A stretch of DNA of 64,000 nucleotides from an uncultured delta proteobacterium (GTDB taxonomy: Bacteria; Desulfobacterota; Desulfobacteria; Desulfobacterales; QNYZ01): assembly GCA_963845145.1 (NCBI GenBank), contig CAWJQU010000005.1, positions 704,001 to 768,000 of the forward strand. Reading direction: 5' to 3'. The position numbers and the translations under genes are program-made. Positions within the stretch are counted from its first letter, which is position 1. Each line of letters opens with the position of its first letter. Under the pieces are notes generated by a model, which had not been told where the DNA came from, made no database searches, and saw nothing but the letters and a program-made list of their open reading frames with translations. Positions 1-9,981 of this stretch are shown in pieces.

Positions 1-534
1 CGAAACTTCAGGCATCCGTTTCACCGACCAACCCTTGCCACCATGGATGGCAGCAAACCCGAAGTGCGGACGGTCATCCTGAGGGGGTTTTCGGAAAAAG
101 ACCGGACATTGATTTGCTATTGTGATGCCCGAACACCCAAGGTTTCACAGATCCGGGGTAATCCCAATGTGAGCTGGTTGTTTTATCATCCAAAAAAGTG
201 GCTACAGCTACGTCTTTCAGGAACGGCTTCGGTGCATACCAACGATAAAAGGGCTGAATCCCAATGGAAAAAGGTGCGTCCGGTTCGTCGAATCGACTAC
301 TGCTCCGAAACCCCGCCGGGTTCACCCACTGAAAAACCGTCTCAGGATCCGTCGCATTTTCTTCGTAATAAAGCACCCAAACTGTTTGACCATCCGGGGG
401 CCCGGAAAAATTTTGCCGTCATTGTCTGCCGATTCGATCAAATGGACTGGCTGCTGTTGAAATTGACGGGTCACATTCGAGCCCAATTTCATTGGGAAGA
501 TAATCGGATGGACGCATCCTGGGTAACCCCCTAA
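1..534 (+). CDS. Pyridoxamine 5'-phosphate oxidase-like FMN-binding protein (5' end outside window)
   Basis: Frame is open from base 1 (RNFRHPFHRPTLATMDGSKPEVRTVILR). Motifs D-x-R-x-x-K, QLRLSG and terminal W-x-x-P are typical of PNPOx-like proteins. Confidence 0.85.
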   Translation, partial: RNFRHPFHRPTLATMDGSKPEVRTVILRGFSEKDRTLICYCDARTPKVSQIRGNPNVSWLFYHPKKWLQLRLSGTASVHTNDKRAESQWKKVRPVRRIDYCSETPPGSPTEKPSQDPSHFLRNKAPKLFDHPGARKNFAVIVCRFDQMDWLLLKLTGHIRAQFHWEDNRMDASWVTP

Positions 535-621
535 TCTATAATCTTGAATCAAGGATCAATCGCACGCACGACGATTCATCTGTCAGACATTTCATTCAAT
601 GATGATTCTGAAACATACTCT

Positions 622-876
622 CTAAGATATTTTATCCTTTAGGATCAATCGCTTGACGGCGTTACTGATCCACTTGCCGGGCCAGGATGAAATAGCATAC
701 CCGATAGCGGCGCACATGATGTAGAGCATGACCACGGCCCCGGTTCCCATATCCGGCTTTGAGATGGCCGGTACAAGAAAATAGGCAGCCGCGACGCCAA
801 TGATAATCTGCCAGGTGTCCGGCAGGAACAGGATGTAGAAAAAAATGTATGTGGGGGTCAGCTTTCTTTTTGCCAC
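622..876 (-). CDS. Small two-TM membrane protein, unknown function
   Basis: Two hydrophobic segments. Likely GTG start at 876 preceded by GAGG; the ORF track extends to 912. Confidence 0.6.
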   Translation of the reverse strand: MAKRKLTPTYIFFYILFLPDTWQIIIGVAAAYFLVPAISKPDMGTGAVVMLYIMCAAIGYAISSWPGKWISNAVKRLILKDKIS

Positions 877-1190
877 AACAGCGCCTCGCTTGTTAAAAAT
901 CGTCTTGTCCAACGATTACACCATATAGATCATTAAGTCAGAGACCCTTTCCGACCCTGTCTGATCTGATAATGAACCAATTGGTAAAAACGGTTAATCA
1001 GAATACCCATGTGTATTTAAACCATATCAAAAAAGTAACCTCAGATACATAGAGTGCTTTAAACAACCCTTGAATTACCGTGGTCAGGCCCTACTTTGTG
1101 GGAACTTTTCCCGCTTAAAAACCGGGATCTCCGACTTACCTATCACGAATCATTGATCCTAGCTTATGAAGTTAACGAAGGAAATTTATA

Positions 1191-1493
1191 ATGCCGAACC
1201 AAAAAGAATCACCCTATGTCGCCCATGTTTTTGTTTGTACAAATGATCGTGGGGGGAAAAGGAAATCCTGCGCAGACGATAACAGCCCGCTTATTAAATC
1301 TAAATTGAAGGAGACCATCAACGAGAAAGGCTGGAAAGGAAAGGTCCGGATTAGCACATCGGGGTGTATGGGGCTTTGCGCCCAGGGGCCCAATGTGATG
1401 ATTTACCCCCAGAAGATATGGTTTTCCGAAGTTTTTCCTGACAATATGGATGAAATCGTGTCCACTCTTGAGCATATCATGGCAGATGCTTGA
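1191..1493 (+). CDS. Thioredoxin-like [2Fe-2S] ferredoxin
   Basis: HVFVCTN..KSC and SGCMGLCxxGPNVMIYP cysteine pattern; AAGGA RBS. Confidence 0.9.
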   Translation: MPNQKESPYVAHVFVCTNDRGGKRKSCADDNSPLIKSKLKETINEKGWKGKVRISTSGCMGLCAQGPNVMIYPQKIWFSEVFPDNMDEIVSTLEHIMADA

Positions 1494-1576
1494 ATCTAAT
1501 TTATTTGGTTATCTCTTATCCTCCCATTTCTTTAGATATTGAATAATATCCCTCATACGGAGAGTGAAAGTAACTG

Positions 1577-2305
1577 ATGAACCTGCAGGCGTTCGAGCTT
1601 CTTTTTGATAATTATGTTCTTCGAGGAGATGCCTATGAGGAGGGCTGTAATACAATAGTGCTGCATGGCGCCGGCAAGTCATCACGAGCACGGTTCACAA
1701 AAATACGGGGGAGGTTAAATGCTTACGGCATTCCTTCTGTCAGCTTCGATTTCATCGGACACGGCGAGACCGGAGGTGATATTTTGGACACAAGTCTACA
1801 TGGAAGGACCAGGCAAGCTGCGGTTGTCATTCGACACACTTGTATAGAACCGCTTACACTAATAGCTGCCAGCATGAGTGCATATACCGCTGTAAAGCTC
1901 ACTGAAATATTTTCGGTTAATAACCTGGTTTTGCTGGTACCAGCTGCCTATACGCCTAAAGCATACCACCTTACTTTTGGTGCTGAGTTCTCGGAGACCA
2001 TTCGCGTTCCCAACAGCTGGGAAGATTCGGACGCTTTTAGTATCTTAGAAAATTTCAAGGGAAACCTTTTAATCATCGCAGCTGAGAATGACACTGTCAT
2101 TCCAGCAGAAGTGGTAAAAAGAATTCGGCAATCAGCAAAGCAAGCCAAAACAAATCTTCTTCATATTGTACCGAATTCAGAGCATACATCTCTTTTCCCT
2201 AAATCCCAGGATTTCCAGATGGCGCTGGATATGATTATTGAGGTGTGTCGTGGTATACGGAATACCAAGCCAATTCAGCCGATTAAAAACCGCGCGACCG
2301 GCTAA
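1577..2305 (+). CDS. Alpha/beta fold hydrolase
   Basis: LHGAG, FDFIGHGET, nucleophile elbow AASMSA, Asp (ENDTVIP) and His (SEH). Confidence 0.85.
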   Translation: MNLQAFELLFDNYVLRGDAYEEGCNTIVLHGAGKSSRARFTKIRGRLNAYGIPSVSFDFIGHGETGGDILDTSLHGRTRQAAVVIRHTCIEPLTLIAASMSAYTAVKLTEIFSVNNLVLLVPAAYTPKAYHLTFGAEFSETIRVPNSWEDSDAFSILENFKGNLLIIAAENDTVIPAEVVKRIRQSAKQAKTNLLHIVPNSEHTSLFPKSQDFQMALDMIIEVCRGIRNTKPIQPIKNRATG

Positions 2306-2373
2306 CTGCGCTGAAACTATTGAGACCCGGTTAGGCCAAGACAATGGAAAACGCATGTTGAATCAATTCCATA

Positions 2374-3678
2374 TTATATCTTACCCACCGTTTTTTCGCT
2401 TTGCCGCCGAAGCAGAAGATTCAATACCGGCGGCACCATTAGGGTACTGATAACCACCATCACGATCATGGCCGCAAACAGGGCATCGGATAGCACGCCC
2501 AGCGCCTTACCCGTGGCCGCAAAAATCAAGGTAACCTCACCTCGGGGAACAAGGCCCCATCCTACGACCATCTTGTTGACCTTTCCGGCAGATAACCCGG
2601 CGATCAATTTTCCGCCAAAACCGGCCAGGGAGAGCCCCAGGGCCAGCAATAGGATTCGGGGATCGAGAAAAACCTTCAGGTTCACTTCCATCCCCGTCAT
2701 CACAAAAAAGAGTGGCACCAGGAAGAATCCCAGGGGTTTGACCAGGGTCTCCACATGGGATTCGGCGTAGGTCTCCAGCACACCGACGACTCGCGTGTGA
2801 ACGTGGGGGCGGGAATCTTCGATGGCCGCCTCAACATCGTCCACAATGGCCGGATCGTCAAAATGGGTGAATGTCACCGGCTTTAACACCAGTCCGGCGG
2901 CAAAAGCACCCACAATCGGGGCCAGACCCGCCCAGTCTGCCAAAAACGCAAATACCAGACAGAAACAGATGGCCAGAATAAATTTCATTCCCACGCCGGG
3001 GTGGATATGTGACAACAAACGGCCGAGGCGCACGGCCAGCAATTGACCCAACACGATGGCCCCTGCGAGAAACATCACGGCCTTGAGCGCAATCCAACCC
3101 ACAGCGGGGATACCGATATTTCCAGACTCCACCATGGCTTTAAGAATGGCCAATAAGCTAAGGCAGAGTACATCGTCGATAACGGCCGCCCCCAATACAA
3201 TGCTGGCCTCCCGGCTCTGAAGCTGATCCCGGTCCTTGAAAACCCGGGCGGTGATGCCTACGGAGGTGGCGCTTAACATGGCACCCAGAAAAAGCCGTCC
3301 ATTGCTGGTCATATCCGGGAGAAGGATCGGTGGGATCACCGCATAACCGAGAAAAAAGGGTAGCGCCACCCCAATGATGGCCACCACTACCACCCGTGGC
3401 CCCACACGCTGAATTTCATCGATATTCGATTCCAGGCCCACCTGGAAAAGCAGAATGACGACCCCGAGTTGCGCTAAAAAATGGATCACCGGTTCATGCT
3501 TTAGCGGTTCGGCGGTATGCCAACCCATCAGCACCAGGTTACCCAGTACGATGCCCACAAATAGCTCTCCCAGCACCGCCGGTTGACCGAACCGTTCGAT
3601 TAAGCTGGAAATCCTGGACAACAGCAGGATCACGGCAATCCAGAAAAAATGGTCCGCGATAGTCATGCTTTCAACCAT
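2374..3678 (-). CDS. Cation/H+ antiporter, CPA2 (NapA-like)
   Basis: Multi-TM protein with LLFQVGLE, SATSVGIT, AAVIDD and PRGEV motifs. Confidence 0.92.
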   Translation of the reverse strand: MVESMTIADHFFWIAVILLLSRISSLIERFGQPAVLGELFVGIVLGNLVLMGWHTAEPLKHEPVIHFLAQLGVVILLFQVGLESNIDEIQRVGPRVVVVAIIGVALPFFLGYAVIPPILLPDMTSNGRLFLGAMLSATSVGITARVFKDRDQLQSREASIVLGAAVIDDVLCLSLLAILKAMVESGNIGIPAVGWIALKAVMFLAGAIVLGQLLAVRLGRLLSHIHPGVGMKFILAICFCLVFAFLADWAGLAPIVGAFAAGLVLKPVTFTHFDDPAIVDDVEAAIEDSRPHVHTRVVGVLETYAESHVETLVKPLGFFLVPLFFVMTGMEVNLKVFLDPRILLLALGLSLAGFGGKLIAGLSAGKVNKMVVGWGLVPRGEVTLIFAATGKALGVLSDALFAAMIVMVVISTLMVPPVLNLLLRRQSEKTVGKI

Positions 3679-3997
3679 TTAAACTCCCGAGTCAGTTAAA
3701 AGAAATTGAATGCAATTTCACTAAAAGTGAGGACATTTTATAGTGAAACGGTCTGGGTGGCAACCCGGGGGACACACCCGGTGGATACATCTGGTCAGAA
3801 TGAATGACTAAAACGCGTATAGAGTTTTTATTCTTTGGCTATGAATATCTTGACAACCCATACTTTTTGCAACAATATCAAATGGTCTGGAACCATTATC
3901 GGCAGCACATCCCACTACATGTTCTTGTAAAATAATTTGCATCAGGTGTAAGAATAATCAATCGGCACCTTTTACCAAAGGAGAAAGAAAGCAAAAA

Positions 3998-4387
3998 GTG
4001 AAACCCACCAATTACTACCACCTATTGGAAATACCCAGAGACGCCACCGCGAATGATATCAAAAAGGCCTATCGAAACCTTGCCCGTGAATTTCATCCGG
4101 ATGTAAATACCAAAGAGGATGCGGCGGAAAAATTTAAAGCCATTGGCGAAGCCTACGCCGTATTGAGTGACGACTTCAAGCGACAGGTCTATGACCAAAC
4201 GGGAAGAACCGATTTTTCCGAAGGCCAAACCACCGCCAAGCCCTTTTATCCGGGTCGGAGCATGGGGGGATGTGTCGGCAAATGCAGCGGGATTGAAGCC
4301 ATTTTTCGAAGGGGTGAAGCGTATAAACGAAGGAAAGCCGCCGCCAGGCAACAGCCAGAGATATGTTCAGAAAATGAACGCTCTTAA
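3998..4387 (+). CDS. Small J-domain (DnaJ-domain) protein
   Basis: YYxLLEI..IKKAYRxLARxxHPD..F..IGEAY.VLSD J-domain; GGAG RBS before GTG. Confidence 0.88.
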   Translation: MKPTNYYHLLEIPRDATANDIKKAYRNLAREFHPDVNTKEDAAEKFKAIGEAYAVLSDDFKRQVYDQTGRTDFSEGQTTAKPFYPGRSMGGCVGKCSGIEAIFRRGEAYKRRKAAARQQPEICSENERS

Positions 4388-4532
4388 AAGAAATTCAAAG
4401 CTTTTCCGCCCATCGATTTGCTGCCGGACTTATATAGACTCGCATTAGAAAAACATACGGAAGAAGACCCGCGTGATGCGTTTTGAGTCAATAATGGGGC
4501 CAAATACGCTTAACCTGAAGGGGAGTTGTACC

Positions 4533-5414
4533 GTGAAATTAAGTACCCGCCTGGTGGGCACGCCACTTAAAAAATATCAAACCGAGATCAGCTTGCGGCA
4601 AACCACCAATTATGCCGCATCCGTCCAGGACAACAATCCAAAATATTTTGATGACACACAGGAGCAGGGCGTGTTGTCGCATCCCATGTTCCCGGTATCC
4701 GTTACCTGGCCTATTTTAAGTCGGCTGGGAACGTTCATCGCGTCCGATGACTTTCCCGAAGAAGTATTGATGACCCAGGTACACTACACGGAACACCTCA
4801 TTTTGCATCGATTGATACGGCCAGGTGATAGCCTGTCCATTGCTGGAGATTTAAAGGCTTTTTTACCCCATCGTGCGGGAACCCATGCCATTATCTGTCT
4901 TGAAGCAAAAGATAACAACAACCACCCGGTCTTTACAGAATACATTGGTGCGATGTTACGAGGGGTGGCCTCTGGAGAAGGGAAAACAGCTGGGGTGCTT
5001 CCAATGGTCCCGGAAAATCACACCGATAAGGAAGTTGTCTGGACGTCCGATATCTATATTGATCCTGAGCGCCCCTATATTTATGATGGATGCAGCAACA
5101 TTGAATTTCCGATCCACACATCACCTCAGTTTGCCAGGGCAGTGGGCCTGCCTGGAATTATTTTGCAGGGAACCGCTACCCTGGCATACGCTGTCCGCGA
5201 AATGGTTGACAAAGAAGCCGCAAAAAATTCGGCCAGGATTTCCGAGATTGCATGCCGGTTTACGGGCATGGTCCGGCCTGGAACCAACATAAAGGTATGT
5301 TGTACAGGAAAGAAAACACATAAGACGTTTACCGATGTTTTTTTTGAAGTCCGAAATTGTGAAAATAAAAAGGCTGTTCGCGGCGGATATATAAAAATTT
5401 TAAAGGGGTCTTAG
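4533..5414 (+). CDS. MaoC-family double hot-dog dehydratase
   Basis: DNNPKY, PIH...FARAVGLPGIILQG and RFTGMVRPG. GTG start at 4533 after GAAGGGGAG; the ORF track starts at 4473. Confidence 0.85.
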   Translation: MKLSTRLVGTPLKKYQTEISLRQTTNYAASVQDNNPKYFDDTQEQGVLSHPMFPVSVTWPILSRLGTFIASDDFPEEVLMTQVHYTEHLILHRLIRPGDSLSIAGDLKAFLPHRAGTHAIICLEAKDNNNHPVFTEYIGAMLRGVASGEGKTAGVLPMVPENHTDKEVVWTSDIYIDPERPYIYDGCSNIEFPIHTSPQFARAVGLPGIILQGTATLAYAVREMVDKEAAKNSARISEIACRFTGMVRPGTNIKVCCTGKKTHKTFTDVFFEVRNCENKKAVRGGYIKILKGS

Positions 5415-5415
5415 A

Positions 5416-7128
5416 ATGAACACGAACGAAAGATTGCCGCTGGTTAATTCCTATATTGATAAATGGGCAAAAAAGCAGCCGGATTCTATCGCTATGGTTC
5501 AACATGAAGACGGACGGGAAATCAGCTACAAAAAATTCAGGTCGCTCATTGATTTTTTTGCGCTCAAATTACTTGATATGGGTATTCAAAAAGGCGACCG
5601 GTTGGCAACCCAGCTGGTATTACTCCCGGAGCATATGGCGCTTATGTATGCTTGTTTTAAAATCGGGGCGATTATTGCGCCTCTGGATGTCCGCTTAAGT
5701 GAAAATGAAGTTGTGCGGGATATAAATAAAATTGAGGCCAAAGCCTTTTTCTTTTTAGGCGAAACCCCTGTTCGGGATTTTAGAATGGTTGGGGAAGCGG
5801 TTAAAAAGGGGTGCCCCTGTGTCAAACAGCTGGTGCAGTTCAGTGCCAATCCAAAACCGGGAGATATCATTGAAGGGGCGGTAAGTATCTCAGAACTAAT
5901 GAATAAAAAACGCCTGGTGTGGCTCAAGCTGAAAGACAGTTTCACCGGAAAACTTGGCAAGACGTATCAACAAGTGGGCAAGCGATCCCCGGCTCTCATC
6001 ATTTATACAACCGGAACCACCGGGGAACCCAAACCGGCGGTGTTATGCCATGAAAACATCATTGTTCAAAACCAGATATTGGAAAGGGGCATTGATTATA
6101 AGGGCGATAATAAAGATTTTTCGATTCTTGTAAATCTTCCGCCAAGCCATGTCGGATGCGTTACGGAAACATTTATGACGACCATGTACATGGGGGGGAA
6201 AGCGGTTCTATTAAGAATATTTGATACCAAAACCACCCTGGAGGCCATTGAACGTCACAAAATCAAAGTGATTGGACAAATACCCACCATGTTCCGCATG
6301 CTGTGGAATTTTCCCGAATATGATTCTTATGATCTTTCAAGCTTGGAATTTGTCGCCTATGCCGGGGCCGCGGTTGATACGACTTTTCTTAAAAAGCTTT
6401 CCACCATGGCACCTAAATTCGGAACCGGGATCGGAATGACGGAAAATGCCGGTTTTGCAACTTTTACCCCGGCCGGCATAACCCTTGAAGAGATGGCCGG
6501 ACAGGTGGGTCAAGCCTTCCCGGACCTGGCCGGGGTGTCCGTTCGAAAGCCGATGAAATCAGATGGATCAGCCGGAGACGAATTGGCTGATGAAGAGATT
6601 GGCGAAATTTGCTATCACCCGCCCATTGTCTTTTTAGGTTATTACAACCAATCGGAAGAGACAGAAAAAACGGTCTCTAAAGAAGGGATACTTTATACTG
6701 GGGATTTGGGATATTTTAAACAAATGGACGGTTATAAAGCCTTGTATCTTTCCGGCCGTAAAAAGTTCCTCATAAAACAAAAAGGATACAATGTCTTCCC
6801 AGGCGAGGTGGAAGAACATATCTCACAGATGGAAGGCGTGGATGTTGTAGAAGTTATCGGCATGAAACATGCGCTTTTTGATGAAGGAATTTTTGCTTTT
6901 GTTCGTCCTTATGCCGACAGCACTCTGGATGGAGAAGGGGTCATGGCACACTGCAAATTCATTGCTTCCTATAAAAGACCCCAACATGTTGAAATATGGC
7001 CTTCTGATCAGGAACTACCTTTGACCCGCAGCACAAAAGTTGACAAGCTCAAATTAGTTGAAATGGCCGGTCCCATTGTTGAGAATTTAAAAAACAATGG
7101 TCAATGGGATGCAAAACAGGAGGGGTAA
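5416..7128 (+). CDS. AMP-dependent acyl-CoA synthetase/ligase
   Basis: YTTGTTGEPK, GMTE, YTGDLG and GYNVFPGEVE ANL motifs; 1 bp after the MaoC gene. Confidence 0.92.
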   Translation: MNTNERLPLVNSYIDKWAKKQPDSIAMVQHEDGREISYKKFRSLIDFFALKLLDMGIQKGDRLATQLVLLPEHMALMYACFKIGAIIAPLDVRLSENEVVRDINKIEAKAFFFLGETPVRDFRMVGEAVKKGCPCVKQLVQFSANPKPGDIIEGAVSISELMNKKRLVWLKLKDSFTGKLGKTYQQVGKRSPALIIYTTGTTGEPKPAVLCHENIIVQNQILERGIDYKGDNKDFSILVNLPPSHVGCVTETFMTTMYMGGKAVLLRIFDTKTTLEAIERHKIKVIGQIPTMFRMLWNFPEYDSYDLSSLEFVAYAGAAVDTTFLKKLSTMAPKFGTGIGMTENAGFATFTPAGITLEEMAGQVGQAFPDLAGVSVRKPMKSDGSAGDELADEEIGEICYHPPIVFLGYYNQSEETEKTVSKEGILYTGDLGYFKQMDGYKALYLSGRKKFLIKQKGYNVFPGEVEEHISQMEGVDVVEVIGMKHALFDEGIFAFVRPYADSTLDGEGVMAHCKFIASYKRPQHVEIWPSDQELPLTRSTKVDKLKLVEMAGPIVENLKNNGQWDAKQEG

Positions 7129-7183
7129 TTTGGTGAAATGAAGCGACACCTGTACCGCCCCAGTGAATTCTTATCAACCGCGC

Positions 7184-7663
7184 CTAAGCCGACACTAATT
7201 TCCAGAAACCATCCCGATGCCAGATAAGGGCCGGTTTATCCAGATCGCCGGCGTCGACCACCCGCCCGGTAAATACGTGGTAGCCCTTAATCGTATAGCT
7301 GCTCTCCACGTCACACGCCAGCCAGACGGAAGCCTCTTTGGGCACCAATCCGTGACCGGTATCCTGGGGCAGGGTATCAATGGCGAAACGGGAATATTTA
7401 TCCACCTTCTCCCCTTTAGCACTTCCCAATTGTATGGCCTGCTTGCTTTGGCCGGGTGCCGCCAGCGCCAGGACAAATTTACCCGAAGCACTGATGAGTT
7501 TTTCGGTCAGGTGTCCCGTGGAGACACTAATCGTTAAAATGGGCTCTTTTTCCGAAACAAACATGGCGGTGCCGGTCATGATGTCCCGTTGATCTTCGTG
7601 CGCCGTACAAATGTACACCACCGGGCAGGGGAGCCATTGAAAAACCGATATGTCTATTGCCAT
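7184..7663 (-). CDS. Flavin reductase-like (DIM6/NTAB) protein
   Basis: PVVYI..VSEKEP..T..LI..SGKFVL, LGSAKG..DK and LACDV pattern; last gene of the operon. Confidence 0.85.
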   Translation of the reverse strand: MAIDISVFQWLPCPVVYICTAHEDQRDIMTGTAMFVSEKEPILTISVSTGHLTEKLISASGKFVLALAAPGQSKQAIQLGSAKGEKVDKYSRFAIDTLPQDTGHGLVPKEASVWLACDVESSYTIKGYHVFTGRVVDAGDLDKPALIWHRDGFWKLVSA

Positions 7664-7687
7664 TTTATTATCCCTTTAATTGAATAT

Positions 7688-8872
7688 TTATTGAATCATT
7701 CGATCCATTGCATCGCCAATCAGCTGTGCAAATGCTTTATCATTAATATGGTAATCGACATGCATCACGTCAATTTGTGGGTCCAAATGAGCGACCAGCT
7801 TTTTCATCAACATCTCGCTGATATCGGGATCATACAACGGCGATCCGAGCCCATCCGCCGTCGACCAGCCCTTGGTTGGATTAATGACTTTCACCCTGTC
7901 CGGGGCCTGGTTTAGCCGGTCCGCCAGTTGCTCAGCCAAAAGGATGGATTCCGCACGATTAAGACGAATTGCCGACCGAAAGTCATAAAAAAAGATCTTT
8001 CGGTCTTTATAGACCGGGGGTATATTATCACGTGTAAACTCCAGAACGGCACAATCAAGCCCACCGGGCACAACCAGACGGGGAACTTTTCGGTTCGATG
8101 GGGTGATAAATCGGGTCGGCCCGATATTACCGCAGTATCCATCCTTTAGATGATCGGCCAGCTCATGGGTGGCCAGATCGAGAATGCCGTCAAAATAGCC
8201 CTCATCGGCCAACTCCTCCAGCGCCATACCGCCGGTTCCGTTGGCATGAAAGGCGATCACCTCGTACCCTAGATCTTCAAGATGGGCTTTGACCTGTTCT
8301 GCCGCCGGCGTGATAAACCCAAAGAAAGAGAGGGCGATTCGCTTGCCCTGTTTTTCGGGCCGCCACTGGCTGCGCGCCATGGCACCCACCGCAACAGCGG
8401 CTTTATGCAAAATAGCACCGGAAATCCGATTGACGCCTAAAAGGTCCACCACGCTGTGCATCATGGTGATATCCTTCGTGCCGACGACCGTGCTCATGTC
8501 CCGCGAAGCCACAGTGGACACCATCACTTTCGGTACCCCCAGGGGCAAAACCCGCATGATACCGGTACACAAATGCGTCCCCGAGCCGCCACCGGCGGAA
8601 ATCACCGCCTGAATACGTCCGGCTTCATGCAGATCCCGCATCCGTTTTTGGCCACGGGCCAGCATGGACCCAATGGCTTCATCGCGGCCATCATATTCGG
8701 TTTGTTCCGCAAACAGATCGATATCCGCCGGAAATGAGGACGGCTTTTTCGTTCCGACGTGAATGGACAATACGGTGAGGCCATCGGATTCAATGGCATT
8801 TTTTAAAAAAAGGTGTTCCTCACCTTTGGTGTCGAAGGTGCCCAATACGGCAATGGTTGGGACGATTGGCAC
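7688..8872 (-). CDS. Tm-1-like ATP-binding domain protein (UPF0261), copy 2
   Basis: GTFDTKGEE, GGSGT, LPLGVPKVMVST, HSVVDLLGVN, FHANGTGG and HIND motifs. Confidence 0.92.
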   Translation of the reverse strand: MPIVPTIAVLGTFDTKGEEHLFLKNAIESDGLTVLSIHVGTKKPSSFPADIDLFAEQTEYDGRDEAIGSMLARGQKRMRDLHEAGRIQAVISAGGGSGTHLCTGIMRVLPLGVPKVMVSTVASRDMSTVVGTKDITMMHSVVDLLGVNRISGAILHKAAVAVGAMARSQWRPEKQGKRIALSFFGFITPAAEQVKAHLEDLGYEVIAFHANGTGGMALEELADEGYFDGILDLATHELADHLKDGYCGNIGPTRFITPSNRKVPRLVVPGGLDCAVLEFTRDNIPPVYKDRKIFFYDFRSAIRLNRAESILLAEQLADRLNQAPDRVKVINPTKGWSTADGLGSPLYDPDISEMLMKKLVAHLDPQIDVMHVDYHINDKAFAQLIGDAMDRMIQ

Positions 8873-8881
8873 GCAAACACA

Positions 8882-9484
8882 TCAACAAACGGTTAGATTG
8901 CCGGAATCATCGCCGGCGTTCGGCTCACCCCAGCGTTGGAACAGATTGTGTTCAACCCCGACATAATCCAGAATCTTGCCGATGGTCTGATTGATAATGT
9001 CATCTAAGGTTTTGGGGAAATGGTAAAACGATGGCACCGGCGGCAAGATATGGGCACCCATGTCGGCGGCCTGCATCATCAATCGCAGGTGTCCCTTGTG
9101 AAGCGGGGTCTCACGAACCACCAAAACCAGTTTGCGTTTTTCTTTTAGCGTGCAATCAGCAGCACGCACAATAAGGTTTTCATTATAGGAGTTGGCGATA
9201 CCAGACAGGGTTTTGATGGTGCACGGCACCACCACCATGGCCTCGGTTAGAAAAGAGCCCGATGCCAGGGCCGCGGCGACGTCTTTGTGGGCATAAGTAT
9301 AGTCCGCCATGGCGGCCACTTCTTCCGGGGAATAGTCGGTCTCGATTTTGATATTGAGGTTACCGGCATCGGAGATAATCAGGTGGGTTTCATAATCGTC
9401 AATATCCTTCAACACCTCCAGCATGCGGACACCATAGGTCACACCACTGGCTCCGGCAATCGCGATGACGAGTCGTTTTGGCAT
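8882..9484 (-). CDS. ubiX: Flavin prenyltransferase UbiX
   Basis: GASG, ASGSF, VPCTIKTL, RAAD..LKEKRKLVLVVRETPLH and PPVPSFYH motifs. Confidence 0.96.
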   Translation of the reverse strand: MPKRLVIAIAGASGVTYGVRMLEVLKDIDDYETHLIISDAGNLNIKIETDYSPEEVAAMADYTYAHKDVAAALASGSFLTEAMVVVPCTIKTLSGIANSYNENLIVRAADCTLKEKRKLVLVVRETPLHKGHLRLMMQAADMGAHILPPVPSFYHFPKTLDDIINQTIGKILDYVGVEHNLFQRWGEPNAGDDSGNLTVC

Positions 9485-9497
9485 GGGGTTTTTCTCC

Positions 9498-9887
9498 TTA
9501 GCGAGTTTCTTGGGTCATTGATTTTGCCTCATCCAAAACATTCGCAACCAACTGCCGACAGTTGCTCACAATTTGGTTAATCCCTGTTTCGGATAAGTTG
9601 TCCCAGTGTATACCGGCCGTCACGACGACCCTGGTATTTAGAGCGGCAGCCAATGTCTCGGCGGCCTGTTTGGCCAGATCGTCCTCTTTGTGCGCCGTAT
9701 AGCAAATGACTGACGCGGTGGCGCTCATTTCCGCCGGATCTTTCAAACTGGGCCGTGGATGGGCGGCAGCAACCGCGCCGATGTGCGGTACTTCGCCGCC
9801 ATAAATACTAACTAAAAAGTCATCACCGATCCGCCGAATATCCGCCTCGATGTCATAGGATCCACTGTCGGTTTTAAGATGGGCCAT
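9498..9887 (-). CDS. lpdD: LpdD-like prenylated-FMN chaperone
   Basis: IG.D..V.I.GG..PHIGAV...HKEDDLA...VVVTAGIHWD signature; directly upstream of ubiX. Start taken as ATG 9887 but may lie slightly upstream. Confidence 0.75.
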   Translation of the reverse strand: MAHLKTDSGSYDIEADIRRIGDDFLVSIYGGEVPHIGAVAAAHPRPSLKDPAEMSATASVICYTAHKEDDLAKQAAETLAAALNTRVVVTAGIHWDNLSETGINQIVSNCRQLVANVLDEAKSMTQETR

Positions 9888-9981
9888 GGTGCCGCTCCGA
9901 ATGAAAGTTTCGATTTCGACCAAGCATTGTTCTCGGTAGGGAATCAGGCCCGCGAGTTTTCCCGGGTTGTAAAACCGGCTT

